From positions 52,086-116,085 of IMG/VR virus record IMGVR_UViG_3300046532_001566: a stretch of DNA of 64,000 bases; one strand, written 5' to 3'. Below, in pieces: positions 39,401-48,812 of the stretch (the first letter of the stretch is position 1; every line of letters begins with the position of its first letter). The DNA is from a virus. The translations under genes and the position numbers were made by a program. The notes under the pieces were generated by a model, which worked only from the letters and a program-made list of their open reading frames with translations, searched no databases and was not told the origin of the DNA.

Positions 39401-40257
39401 TATTGATTAGAAACACCTTCGTCAACATCGTCAGTATCAAGAACAACAACACCAGTTGCTCCGTTAACGCTTGAAACTCCACCAACAATATTAATCACGC
39501 CAGTTGAAGCATTATAAGTTCCATCTCCTGAAACAGAAATGCTATCTCTTGCTCGTTGTGTTGAGAAATAAAGGTTACTTGCGCCTTCATCTACTTTATC
39601 TGTATCTTGTTTATTAAAAGTAAAGTCGCCTGTAGACTGACTGTAAGATAATATTGATGTATCATCTGAAGTTAAATCAAGTGCAAGTCGAACTCTTGTA
39701 TCTGTATAATACTGATTAGAAGAACCTTCTAATATACCATCAGATGTTGGATGAGAGTAGGTAATTGCACCAGTTGCAGTATTATAATCTAAAACAGATG
39801 TATTATCAGATGTCATAGTAATGGCAGCTCTAGCTAACGTAGCAGTGTAATAAATGTTAGAAGAACCTTCTGGAACATCATCTGAAGAAGTAATTAATTG
39901 TGCTAATAGGCCGTCGTCGACATATTTTTTTGTTGCAGAATGTAAATCAGCAGTTGGTGTACCTGAAAGAGTCAAAGACCCAGTCATAGTACCACCAGCT
40001 AATGGAAGTTTTTCTGCTAACGAAGTAGTAACTGTAGTAGCAAAACTGGCATCATCACCAATAGCCGCGGCTAGCTCATCTAATGTATTTAGAAGGGCCG
40101 GAGCGGCATTGACTAAGTTATCAATTTCTGTACCAACGAAACCGGTTGAAGCAATCTGGGTAGAAGCTGTACCTGCGGCCGCTGTTGCCGCTGTAGGTGT
40201 TCCACGAAGATCAACTGAGTTTATTAACGAACTCGACCGTATTTTAATTAAAGGCAT
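36406..40257 (-). CDS. Long repeat-rich virion fibre protein
   Basis: About 20 copies of TDD[VI]xEGxxNxY[YFH]TxAR[AV]RxA, a P2-gpH-like N-terminus (GTPTA...APALLNTLDELAAAIGDD), and C-terminal IDGGTY. Confidence 0.85.
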   Translation of the reverse strand: MPLIKIRSSSLINSVDLRGTPTAATAAAGTASTQIASTGFVGTEIDNLVNAAPALLNTLDELAAAIGDDASFATTVTTSLAEKLPLAGGTMTGSLTLSGTPTADLHSATKKYVDDGLLAQLITSSDDVPEGSSNIYYTATLARAAITMTSDNTSVLDYNTATGAITYSHPTSDGILEGSSNQYYTDTRVRLALDLTSDDTSILSYSQSTGDFTFNKQDTDKVDEGASNLYFSTQRARDSISVSGDGTYNASTGVINIVGGVSSVNGATGVVVLDTDDVDEGVSNQYFTTARARSSILLTSSDTTVLSYNSGTGALTYTKPITDGITEGSSNLYHTTARVRAAVSASVIGDLQYSSAAGEFSFALSDHDTDDVTEGSSNLYHTTARARAAVSASGSIAYDSGTGIISYTTPDSDGITEGTSNLYHTTARTRSSLSVSPVSDMTYNSTSGEFNYSTPTTDGITEGSTSLYFTEARARAAISATGSLSYNASTGVVSFTQGNTDTVSEGSSNLYYTTARARSAISVSGSALSYDSTTGIMSTAALVATVNGSSGTVVIDTDDILEIPGATNKWYTDARVRAAVSATGSLSYNASTGVISYTTPTTDGVTEGSNNLYFTNARAQAAISAGTGVAIASGAISIGQDVGTTSDVQFNAVTIDGDLTVNGTTTTIDTANLSVEDVNITVASGAADAAAANGAGLTVAGAGATILYGSATDAWTFNKDIFVGAVTASSKFTGNLTGDVTGDVTGTVSDVSNHDTDDIDESPVATNKYFTDARARAAVSVSGTELAYNSSTGVITYTQGNTDGVAEGTNNLYYTTARVHGTISATGDLTYNTSGVFGFALSDHDTDDVTEGLLNKYYTDTRVRAAVSSTGWLTTYDSATGVSTQATPDTDDVSEGVNKYYTDARARAAVSADSSTDLTYSSATGVFSYSTPDSDGITEGTSNLYFTNTRARAAVSVSGDLTYSSGTGIIGFALANHDTDDVSEGASNQYYTNARVHSTISLTSDNQDIMSYDNAGGFTFAIGQMDTDDVTEGATNQYFTTSRARSAISAGSNISYDSATGVISSTAGVTSVNGATGVVVIGTDEVDEGSSNLYHTSARVHQAITLVSDDSSILAYASGTGTLTYNTPDTDAIAEGAVNEYYTNARADARIALASIADMSDVSTTGVQDGYALVWDAVGAEFVTNDLSTTSTHSNFTANGTDTSFTLTGIEVASIDNTTVFVNGIFQAPTYSYTMTTANSESTIVFDTAPEANDIVTVRYIIGGTLNTDGLLNENDTIDGGTY

Positions 40258-40272
40258 GTTTTTAATTTCCTT

Positions 40273-40356
40273 ATGTTGAAATAGTACTCATGTACTATTT
40301 TAATTTGCCTAAGTTTAAGTTTGTTTAGGCCCAACATTTGTGGAAAATATTTTCCA
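40273..40356. promoter_or_regulatory. Structured intergenic leader of the long fibre gene
   Basis: ATGTTG/CAACAT closes two hairpins (AAATAGTAC/GTACTATTT and GCCTAA/TTAGGC), followed by the 16-bp palindrome TGGAAAATATTTTCCA. Confidence 0.55.
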
Positions 40357-40370
40357 ATTTTATATGATTG

Positions 40371-42158
40371 TTAAATTACAACTAACCAATAGTTACGAGA
40401 TATGCTCGTTAGGCCTATAGTTGCAATTATCTGAAACTCGTATCTGCAAGGACTGCTCAATGTTGGTGCAGTTCCTACAAGAGTTAAGCCACTAGCCGAC
40501 AACCATGTCGGAGTAGCTTCGTTTTGGGAAGTTGCTCCCAAGGTCAATGTTGACCCAGTATTTACTCCTATTGGAAAATTTATAGTGTCTCCACTACTAA
40601 AAGTACCAATAAATTTTGTTGCATCTGTCCATAAAGGATTTGCAGTTCCGTCCGGTTCTGCAAACGCATCTTCAAAAACAAATTCGTTTCCGCTATTATC
40701 AATTAACGTAATGGATTGATTTCCGGTAAATGTTTCTGCTGTTTTTAATTGCATTTGATTTGCAGATGGATATTCAATGTGTGCAATAGGGATATTTCCT
40801 ATCTTTGCTCCAAAGCCATATGCCATCTCAGTAACATTAAATATAATAAGATTAAAGACTGGAGCAGTAGTTACTGAATACGAAATATTTGAAATTTTAG
40901 GTCTAGGTCTATCAGTTGTAGTGTGTCCTAATAATATTCTAACTTCGATAACACTTCCACTTTCGGGTGCTTCGTCAAATACTAACTGATCGCTATTTGT
41001 AACAACATAACTGTATAAAGGCTTCTGTGCAACTCCATCAACTACTACTACAAGATTATTAGGACTAGGAACATCTGTACCTAAACTAAACTGTAAAGTA
41101 GTTCCGTCTCCAACATAATTTTTAGTAATTGGTACTAAGGCAATAGTTTGAGGTCTATATTTTGATAATGTACCGTCATATGCAAATAGTTGACCGTCAG
41201 TTGGAGATGTATTTTGAACATCAGTTAAATCACCTATTGCTAAATTAGAAATAGCATTTTGTCTTGCTAAAATTTCTGTATCAAGAGATGTTTGTAATGC
41301 ATTATCGTTCATTAACCTAGTAAGAGCTTCTGCATCAATATTATTTTGTAATGTAGTATCAGCATTACCTCTGTTAAGTACTTCTAAATTAATTGCGGCA
41401 ATACGAGCAGTTTCTTCTGCATCAATATTATTTTGTAATATAATATCAGCATTACTTCTATCTATAATTTCTGTATTAACCTTTCCATCAACTAAAGTAA
41501 TGTTTGAATCATGAACCGAATCTGCACTAATGCGAGCAGTTTCTTCGTTAGTAATTGCAGTATCTAACGTTGAAATAGCAGTTTGTCTATCTGATGTTTC
41601 TTGTGCAATATCTACTGCTAACTGATTGTCTTGTGCTATACGATCAATTTCTTCTGCATCAATATTTCCTTGTAATACATTATGTCCAGCAATACGATTA
41701 GTAACTTCGGCCGCTCTTGCATTGGTTGCAAGTGTATCTGCAAATTGTCTATTAGAAATTTCTTGTGCTAATCCTGATTGTACAGTAGTAAGAGATGTTT
41801 GATTAGCTGTAATAGCACTTAATAAAGTACTATCACCACTTTGAAAAGCTGTAACAATTTCTGATAATGAATCTAGTGTTGCTGGATCAATATTTGAAAT
41901 AATATTATTAATTTGAGTTTGTAAATTACTTGCTGTACTGTCAACATATGATAACGCAACTAAGGCATTCCATGTTGCACCGTCAAATACATCTAACTTA
42001 GACGAATCAGAATCAAATCTTATAGCACCTGCGGCCGGGGATACAGGACGTTGAACAGTATTACCTGTTGGTATCTCTATTGCTCCAGTTGCTCCTACCC
42101 GTAGTGTACCTGAACTAGGTGATAGTTTATCTGTTACTTGATTTGTCTTAATTGCCAT
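40371..42158 (-). CDS. Coiled-coil fibre/whisker-like virion protein
   Basis: P.GNT.QRP...GAIRF, many E..xR..AD..L heptads, and a GDGTT..F...VDGV.Q beta domain. Confidence 0.8.
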   Translation of the reverse strand: MAIKTNQVTDKLSPSSGTLRVGATGAIEIPTGNTVQRPVSPAAGAIRFDSDSSKLDVFDGATWNALVALSYVDSTASNLQTQINNIISNIDPATLDSLSEIVTAFQSGDSTLLSAITANQTSLTTVQSGLAQEISNRQFADTLATNARAAEVTNRIAGHNVLQGNIDAEEIDRIAQDNQLAVDIAQETSDRQTAISTLDTAITNEETARISADSVHDSNITLVDGKVNTEIIDRSNADIILQNNIDAEETARIAAINLEVLNRGNADTTLQNNIDAEALTRLMNDNALQTSLDTEILARQNAISNLAIGDLTDVQNTSPTDGQLFAYDGTLSKYRPQTIALVPITKNYVGDGTTLQFSLGTDVPSPNNLVVVVDGVAQKPLYSYVVTNSDQLVFDEAPESGSVIEVRILLGHTTTDRPRPKISNISYSVTTAPVFNLIIFNVTEMAYGFGAKIGNIPIAHIEYPSANQMQLKTAETFTGNQSITLIDNSGNEFVFEDAFAEPDGTANPLWTDATKFIGTFSSGDTINFPIGVNTGSTLTLGATSQNEATPTWLSASGLTLVGTAPTLSSPCRYEFQIIATIGLTSISRNYWLVVI

Positions 42159-42656
42159 TTATTTTAGTTGTCCTAACGCTGACCCATTGGATGGGAGATT
42201 ATGTGTTTTTTCTTTAGTTCTTCCAAACGCTGTTACTCCAATAACTGCACCCATTGCAACATGGTACAATCCTGCACCTTGTAATGTTAATGGTTGCCAT
42301 TGTACTGCTACCTGTCCTCCAGTTGATGCTTCTAATGCTTGTATAATTGCCCAACCAATTGGTGCTAATACAAAATCAAATATACATGTAAACATATACA
42401 TCCATCCCATCATAGGGCGCCATTTGTTGTTAACCCAGTGCTCGTTAGTATTCTTTATATCTGTCGAAGCTCCGCCTGCTGTAGTAACTGCGGCGGCATT
42501 ATCAGTTGCGGCTCTGCTTGCGGCAACATCAATTACAACATTTCTATTATCACCGGCAACTTGTGCTAGACTATCACTAGTAGATAATTTGTTTTTACTC
42601 CTGATACTGATAGATGTATCGAACCCAGTATCGTCATAACTGCTTAATTTAGGCAT
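42159..42656 (-). CDS. Membrane protein, GTA-type 3TM holin-like
   Basis: KWRPMMGW followed by two hydrophobic segments and GRT.EK. Confidence 0.6.
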   Translation of the reverse strand: MPKLSSYDDTGFDTSISIRSKNKLSTSDSLAQVAGDNRNVVIDVAASRAATDNAAAVTTAGGASTDIKNTNEHWVNNKWRPMMGWMYMFTCIFDFVLAPIGWAIIQALEASTGGQVAVQWQPLTLQGAGLYHVAMGAVIGVTAFGRTKEKTHNLPSNGSALGQLK

Positions 42657-42720
42657 ATAAAATCTCCATTATGTTATAGTGTTATTTACCGTTTACAGAC
42701 AATTTTATATAGGTAAGATT

Positions 42721-42927
42721 TTAACCAATTTGATTTTTAACTATATCTTCTTGAGTAATATTTCTGACAGCATTCCATTTGTTAATAGGACATGATGATT
42801 CTGAAAAACTTATCTTTAAAGCAACTAAGCATCCACATTTTTTGCATTGTTTTGTAAATCTAGTATAAAATTCACAGTTGTGACAATGTTTTGCTCTTGA
42901 TAATCTGTCTGTCATTGATGCTAACAT
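42721..42927 (-). CDS. Small Cys-rich (Zn-binding) protein
   Basis: R..HCHNC...QCKKCGC...K...CPINKW. Start moved to ATG 42927, after TAAGTA-N5. Confidence 0.7.
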   Translation of the reverse strand: MLASMTDRLSRAKHCHNCEFYTRFTKQCKKCGCLVALKISFSESSCPINKWNAVRNITQEDIVKNQIG

Positions 42928-42940
42928 AAAAATACTTATC

Positions 42941-42980
42941 AAGAAAAAAGCATAGCTAGTTTCCTAGCTATGCTTAATTT
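42941..42980 (-). terminator. Major capsid gene terminator
   Basis: AAGCATAGCTAG-GAAA-CTAGCTATGCTT followed by TTTTCTT. Confidence 0.85.
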
Positions 42981-43000
42981 TTTCTTATTACCTAAAAGGT

Positions 43001-44200
43001 TTAGATGAAAGAAAGTCCTGCTGTTGCGATTGCAATGTTATTAACATAATCAGCCGCGTTACCAAGAGAAGAAGCTGTATTTGAAAGCTCAACATATCCG
43101 TAACGTGTCATAAAGCTGACCGTTGGTTCGAATGTGTTAGGATCAAGTACAACGCCTGAGCTCATTAGAGGAATGTAAGGGCAGTAGAATGCTGGAGCAT
43201 CCATTTCGTTTCCGCCTTTATAGCCAATTAGTACAGGAGCGCCGTCACCAGCATAATGGTTAACGTAAACTCTTACTGAGCTATTAAGTGTTCCAACAAA
43301 CTTAGTATTTGTTGGTGCTTCAAATGTACCTTCAGTTGTTCTTGCAAACGCTGAAGTTGTAGCAGATTGTAGAATTGTTAAAGCTGTTGGGCTTACAACA
43401 ATGTAGTTACCTGCGCCACGTCTTGTGCGAGAAGCAATATCGTTAGCGGCTCTATTAATAAGAACTGCTAATGCGGCATGCTCATCACCAACGAAGTTGG
43501 CTGTACCACTAACTGAGGCTTGGTCGTATGTACCGAAAGCACTACCAGAAAGTGAAGTAAGAGATTGGATAACCTCCTGATCAATTTCAGCAGTAATTTC
43601 TTGTGCAAGAGCGGCCATAATCTCAGCTTCAACGTCAACACCATGAATGGCTTGTGCGTCTTGAGCGGCTTCAAAAGTCCAACGAGCTGATAGCTTACGA
43701 GACTTAGCTTCTACAGTTTCTTTAAGGATCTGGATGGACATTTTATTACCACCGGTTCCTTCTTTAGATGCTGTAGCGTCTGCTTTACCAGCGGCATCAC
43801 CTGAGTACTGGTTAGCAATAGCAAATGGGCTAAGAGCTTCATCACCAGCAACAACTTCTGCACCAACTTGTCCGTCTTCGTTTGTAGAAGCGGCAACCGC
43901 TTCAGCATAACGTACACGAAGTGTATGGATCTGTGAAACTGGACCCTGCATAGGCTGAACACCGACTAATTCGTTAGCGATGGTTGTTGGCATAACACGT
44001 CTGATAACTGGTAGAATTACTTTGTTAAGTACTGCTATGTTTCCAGATGCTGATGCACCAGTGGTAGCTGTTTCAGACAAATACCTTTTAGTATTTTCTA
44101 AGCAAACTTCCATTGTAGTTTTACGTTGTCCGTTAAGACCCTCTGTAAGGGCTTCTTTAGTTGCGGACCAATTTTTAGCTTCAAAAAGAGCTTCTGACAT
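43001..44200 (-). CDS. gp23: Major capsid protein (gp23-like)
   Basis: LVGVQPMQGP, VEAKSRKLSARWT.E.AQD..AIHG, FYCPYIPL and TRYG motifs. Confidence 0.97.
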   Translation of the reverse strand: MSEALFEAKNWSATKEALTEGLNGQRKTTMEVCLENTKRYLSETATTGASASGNIAVLNKVILPVIRRVMPTTIANELVGVQPMQGPVSQIHTLRVRYAEAVAASTNEDGQVGAEVVAGDEALSPFAIANQYSGDAAGKADATASKEGTGGNKMSIQILKETVEAKSRKLSARWTFEAAQDAQAIHGVDVEAEIMAALAQEITAEIDQEVIQSLTSLSGSAFGTYDQASVSGTANFVGDEHAALAVLINRAANDIASRTRRGAGNYIVVSPTALTILQSATTSAFARTTEGTFEAPTNTKFVGTLNSSVRVYVNHYAGDGAPVLIGYKGGNEMDAPAFYCPYIPLMSSGVVLDPNTFEPTVSFMTRYGYVELSNTASSLGNAADYVNNIAIATAGLSFI

Positions 44201-44216
44201 TTTTAATGTCTCCTTC

Positions 44217-45329
44217 TTAAATACCAGCTAATTTGCGAAGATCTGCAATAGTAGAATTAACTTCTGTTGCAATCTCTTCAACAACTTGTGCTGATTTATT
44301 TCCTGTAATCACAGTCTTCTGTGATTGTTGACCCTCAACGATAACTTTCTTGTCCCTACGGACCTCTTCGTTAAGAACTGATGGCAAGTACTTTTGGAAA
44401 GCTTCGTTAAGTTTACTTGTTGGTGTAGACTCAAGTAGTTCATCCATAATAACTCTTTTGTCTTTAGACAAAGGAGAATTAAGTTCTTGCATAATCCGAG
44501 AACGAGTCATCTGGTCTTCCGCTAGGCGCTGACGACGACTTGATTCGGTAATGAGATTTTCTTTTTCAGCAATAGCACCATGTGCTTCTGCTAATTTAAC
44601 TTCCATCTCAGTAATCTTATTAGTAAGTTCACTTACTGCTGTACCATCTGCAAATTTGCTTGCCATAAATTCTGCGGCAAACGCTTCCATGATCTTACGA
44701 CCAAAGTTGTTTTCTTTTGCTTCACGGATATCTGTTTTAAGCGAGGACAATTCAGTTTTGAAAGATTCAACTACTAAGCCATTGACTTTTTCGCTTGCTT
44801 TCTTAATAAACTGTGTTCTTGCTTCTTCGATAGCAGTACGACCTTCTGAAATTAGTTTAACTCTGGCTTCAACTAATCTTTTATGGTCTTCATGTAACTC
44901 TGAAAGCTCATTAGTTAATTTGCGTAATGCAAATTCTTCTAAGCCTTTAAAACTAACTTTTTGTGAGGCACGATCTGCCTTTAATTCTGCAACTTCTTTT
45001 GCTAAAGTTTCCATAACAAACTTTTGTAAAAGTTGTGCATCATCACTAATCTTTGTAGCATATTTTACACGAGTAGTTTGAGTGTCTTCGTGTAACTTCT
45101 TAAACTCGTCACTAGCACCAGAAATGGTATCTTGAATTAACTTATCCATTGCTTCAACGAGTTGACCTTTATCATGCTCATAACGTGAAGCGAATTCTTC
45201 GCGGAGTTCCGCTGTAACTTCTTCACGTGTTTCTATCTGTTTGGAATCCCAAGCGGCGTTGATATTCTCACGCACCTCTTCAGATAATACTACAGAGCCG
45301 AGCAAATCTGTAAAAGTTTCATTACTCAT
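44217..45329 (-). CDS. gp22: Prohead scaffold protein (gp22-like)
   Basis: Coiled-coil and Glu-rich, between the protease and MCP genes. Confidence 0.8.
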   Translation of the reverse strand: MSNETFTDLLGSVVLSEEVRENINAAWDSKQIETREEVTAELREEFASRYEHDKGQLVEAMDKLIQDTISGASDEFKKLHEDTQTTRVKYATKISDDAQLLQKFVMETLAKEVAELKADRASQKVSFKGLEEFALRKLTNELSELHEDHKRLVEARVKLISEGRTAIEEARTQFIKKASEKVNGLVVESFKTELSSLKTDIREAKENNFGRKIMEAFAAEFMASKFADGTAVSELTNKITEMEVKLAEAHGAIAEKENLITESSRRQRLAEDQMTRSRIMQELNSPLSKDKRVIMDELLESTPTSKLNEAFQKYLPSVLNEEVRRDKKVIVEGQQSQKTVITGNKSAQVVEEIATEVNSTIADLRKLAGI

Positions 45330-45341
45330 AATTTTGTCTCC

Positions 45342-45983
45342 TCAGACTTTTTTAAGATTCTCAAGGAATCTAAGTACCTCTATTTCAAGGTGCTTTTGTG
45401 CGGACTTGTCGTAAGTCGTCGCTAGGGCTACATCCATAAGAGCGGCTCGTCTTCGATCTTGCATAACTCTTTCATAAATTGGAGTTGGATAAGCATCAGG
45501 AGCACTAGGTTGTGCTACAACGTCAACAGTAACAATTTCAAATTCTGAAACTTTACCGCCGGCGCCTACATTGCCTGATCCTCTTGAACTAACTCCTAAT
45601 TTAACTTTAGCTTCCAGTAATGTTTTAATGATGTTGCCCATTGGAGTTGGAATAATTTTTAATTGTCCATATCCATCGGAACCTTGCATCCACATTTTTG
45701 TAACCATATGACTTACTCGGTCAATATTAACCTGTAAATCATCTGGGTGATCTGCTTCACCTAATACTGAAAAACCATCGCCTAATCGTTGACTAATGCT
45801 CTCTACAGCCCGGGAAATTTCATCTGCGGGATAAACTCGTTCGTTATGATTGACTTTATCACCTTGAATAAAAATTCCTTTCATGTAGAGATTCTTACCG
45901 CCATCATTGCCGTCTTCAATCGTTTCGACAATTAAGCCTGCTTGATCAAATGAAAGTCTTTCTGTTAATGGCTGTAAGTTCAT
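45342..45983 (-). CDS. gp21: Prohead protease (gp21-like)
   Basis: GIFIQG..N.N.RVY, GEADHP, GVSSRGSG and DVVAQPSAPDA motifs. Confidence 0.95.
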   Translation of the reverse strand: MNLQPLTERLSFDQAGLIVETIEDGNDGGKNLYMKGIFIQGDKVNHNERVYPADEISRAVESISQRLGDGFSVLGEADHPDDLQVNIDRVSHMVTKMWMQGSDGYGQLKIIPTPMGNIIKTLLEAKVKLGVSSRGSGNVGAGGKVSEFEIVTVDVVAQPSAPDAYPTPIYERVMQDRRRAALMDVALATTYDKSAQKHLEIEVLRFLENLKKV

Positions 45984-45987
45984 CTTA

Positions 45988-46740
45988 TTACCCCTTTACT
46001 TGGCTCATTGAAGGCTCAGTAGTTCCGTGTGGTAGTTCCTGTGAAGCTGGAGCTTTAGCTGGAGCTGTTCCAGATGCAACACCTTCTGCGGCGCCACTAC
46101 CTGTGTTTACTACTTTACCACCCATGTCGTTTTTCTTAGCAACTGGGCTTGCTTTATTATCTGCATGATCTGCCATATCTGGCTTCTGTGCTAACTTGAG
46201 TTCAGCCGCTTCGTCAATCTTCTCTTCAGAATCAGCTTCGTCGATGCTTTCATCTTTATCTTCAAATTGTACGGATTCTGCTGGAATCTCTTCTGCATCC
46301 ATTGGGATTTCATCTGTTACAATGTCATCTCCTGGGATTTCTTCGTCTGCACCACCTGTAAGCATTTCTTCAAATTCTGCTTTAAGGTTAGCAAGTGCTG
46401 ATTCTACATCAACCATTGCATCTGCAACGTCTGCGGCATCTGCTGATACAGGAGCTTCTTCAGCACCCATTTCATCGCCAATTTCTTCAGCATCAATATC
46501 TGGGTCAATTTCTGAATCAAGGTCAAGTTCGTCATCACCTTCTTCAGTTAAGTCTGCTTCAACTTCATCAACTGCGGCATCAATATCTGCAATTTCTTCT
46601 TCTAAATTAGTATCATCCGACATAATGTCTTCATAGACTTTGCGGCCGATACCAACATAGTAATCATGTAATAGATCACTTGCTTTTGCTTCTTCTTTAT
46701 TCAAAAGATGCTCAAGTGCCTGTTCAAGTACTGTTGTCAT
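45988..46740 (-). CDS. Acidic prohead core protein
   Basis: Very D/E-rich, between the portal and protease genes (the gp67/68 position). Confidence 0.65.
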   Translation of the reverse strand: MTTVLEQALEHLLNKEEAKASDLLHDYYVGIGRKVYEDIMSDDTNLEEEIADIDAAVDEVEADLTEEGDDELDLDSEIDPDIDAEEIGDEMGAEEAPVSADAADVADAMVDVESALANLKAEFEEMLTGGADEEIPGDDIVTDEIPMDAEEIPAESVQFEDKDESIDEADSEEKIDEAAELKLAQKPDMADHADNKASPVAKKNDMGGKVVNTGSGAAEGVASGTAPAKAPASQELPHGTTEPSMSQVKG

Positions 46741-46882
46741 ATTCTTTTTCTCCTTATCGCGAAAGGCGGGTATTCACCAATAAGTACTTACTAATGACAC
46801 ACGAAATAGTACGGGTTATGGGGTAAAAACAGTACTTTTTGGCACAATTTTAAAATTTTGAGAGGAAATTATTTAAAGTAAA

Positions 46883-47089
46883 TTATACTGCTGGAGGTCG
46901 AGCATACATTTTTGTAATAGCTTCGAGTCTTGTCTTCTGTTCGTACTTTCTTAGCTCACGAAGTTTACGCAACCTGTTTACATGTTCTAAAGTCATACGA
47001 TGTCGTCGCATATCGGAATAAAATGCTACTTCAGGATCTACTTCTTCTTCAATCTCATCTTGTATTTGTGTTAAGTCATTGAATCTCAT
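46883..47089 (-). CDS. Small head-module protein (68 aa)
   Basis: Start reassigned to MRFNDL (47089) after TAAATA-N5, which removes the overlap with the portal gene. Confidence 0.65.
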   Translation of the reverse strand: MRFNDLTQIQDEIEEEVDPEVAFYSDMRRHRMTLEHVNRLRKLRELRKYEQKTRLEAITKMYARPPAV

Positions 47090-47105
47090 AACTTTATTTA
47101 TTCCT

Positions 47106-48758
47106 TTACGCTGGTGGTTCCACAGGTTCGGCACCATCATCTGGTGCTGGTTCGCCAGTTTCTAAATCATCTGCAAATTCCATATCTGCATCACCTACTG
47201 CTCCGCCTCCGCCGCCACCAATATCTCCAAATCCAGCATCTTCATCTGGATTCTCTGGTACAGGGGATTTGTTTTCTTCTAACCAATATTTTTCATTTTC
47301 AAGCAATTCTGCTTCAGTTAGTCCTAAGAACTTCTGTAATTTAAATCTATGACTTAAATAAGGAACTTCAGCTAATTGTGTAAACACACTAGCTCTAGCA
47401 TTATTAACTTCAATCTGTCTATAATCACTAAAGTTTTGAGGCTCTAACATATCAATGTCAAAAGATGAAGTATCTACATTAATTCCTCTATGCTTAACAA
47501 AGGTTTTAAATTCTTTGCTTAACTTAGGCATAATCAAGCCTTGCAATCTTTGACAATATCTATTAAAACGATATTCTTGAATTAACGCCGTTCCTACACG
47601 ACCATCTGTCATTGGGGCCGCACTATCATCAGGACCAGTTGGCATATAACTGCTTGGGATACGCAAGCCTCTTAATAATTTATTAGAGAAGAATCTTAAA
47701 TCATCTATCTCGCCTAAGTTAGTTCCGCCTGGTAATACTTCAACTTTACTTCCTCTACCATCAGCTGATTGAGCAAAGAAAAAGTCTTCCATGATACTTA
47801 ATGGATTGTAACTTGCATCTAGTGCTGTGCCGCCACCTGATCTAGTTGGAATACGTCTTTGATGAATTTCGTTTTTAACTCTTTCCAAGAATCCCATTGC
47901 TTGGTGACTAGGCAAGTTGCCTGTATCAATGTAAAATACTCTACGCTCCGGAGCACGTTGTACACGATAGATAATAATTGCATCTTCGAGTAATTCTTTT
48001 TGTTTGTAAATTTTAAATACACTATCAAGTATACTAGCACCAAAAGGCCAGTTAGCATCTAATCCTTCACTTAAACTAATATGAATAATATCTTTTGCAT
48101 CAACTGTGACTTCAGTTCCGGTTTGTCCGCTCTTATAAGCACTATTAGAAACACTATATTGATTGTTTGGACCTGCTTGTACAGCATTAGCCATAGACTG
48201 CACACTTTCAATTGGCTTAGTTGCTACTTTTGCTCCTAAGTTAGGGTGCAAGTTACTAATAACATACTGTTCAACTTTACGACCTTCTGCTTCGTTAATT
48301 ACTGCTCTTTTAACGTCACCTGGGTTTACCCAATATAATTCAAATGTTTCCGGATCACGTAAGAAAAAGTGATCACCAAATTTAATTGAACTACGAAAAG
48401 TTCTAAATAATTTTGAATCCCAATCATTAATAGCACACCATTTTTTAAGTGTTTCGTTAATAACTTTACTTTCACTTGGTGTTGGATCCGAAGACCATCT
48501 AATTGCAAAAGGAAGATTTGTTATAGGATCTTCTTGAGTGCAAAATTCTGTAACAGTATCTAATGCCGCATTAACTTCTGAGTCTTGATCCATTTGATCA
48601 TATTGACTGTAACGTTCTACTCTGTTAGGTTGCCCTGTGTATACGTCTTGAAGCCAGCTTGCAAATTTTGATGAGCTTCCTCCAGACTGTCTCGGACCAT
48701 TGTTAGTCTGCTCGTTCTGGGGATCCCATATCTTAAAGTGTTTTTTCCATGATGCCAT
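47106..48758 (-). CDS. gp20: Portal protein (gp20-like)
   Basis: LEDAIIIYRVQRAPERRVFYIDTGN, EDFF...GRGS.VE.LPGG.NLGEIDD and LRIPSS motifs. Confidence 0.97.
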   Translation of the reverse strand: MASWKKHFKIWDPQNEQTNNGPRQSGGSSSKFASWLQDVYTGQPNRVERYSQYDQMDQDSEVNAALDTVTEFCTQEDPITNLPFAIRWSSDPTPSESKVINETLKKWCAINDWDSKLFRTFRSSIKFGDHFFLRDPETFELYWVNPGDVKRAVINEAEGRKVEQYVISNLHPNLGAKVATKPIESVQSMANAVQAGPNNQYSVSNSAYKSGQTGTEVTVDAKDIIHISLSEGLDANWPFGASILDSVFKIYKQKELLEDAIIIYRVQRAPERRVFYIDTGNLPSHQAMGFLERVKNEIHQRRIPTRSGGGTALDASYNPLSIMEDFFFAQSADGRGSKVEVLPGGTNLGEIDDLRFFSNKLLRGLRIPSSYMPTGPDDSAAPMTDGRVGTALIQEYRFNRYCQRLQGLIMPKLSKEFKTFVKHRGINVDTSSFDIDMLEPQNFSDYRQIEVNNARASVFTQLAEVPYLSHRFKLQKFLGLTEAELLENEKYWLEENKSPVPENPDEDAGFGDIGGGGGGAVGDADMEFADDLETGEPAPDDGAEPVEPPA

Positions 48759-48812
48759 ACTCTTACTTACCTTTTTATATTAATAGTTAATTACCAAAAC
48801 GTATCTCTTTTA

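Noticed and set aside
36800-39900. Regularly spaced DNA repeats resembling a CRISPR array
   Set aside because: Degenerate, in-frame repeats within one open fibre gene. No constant repeat with unique spacers, and no cas genes.
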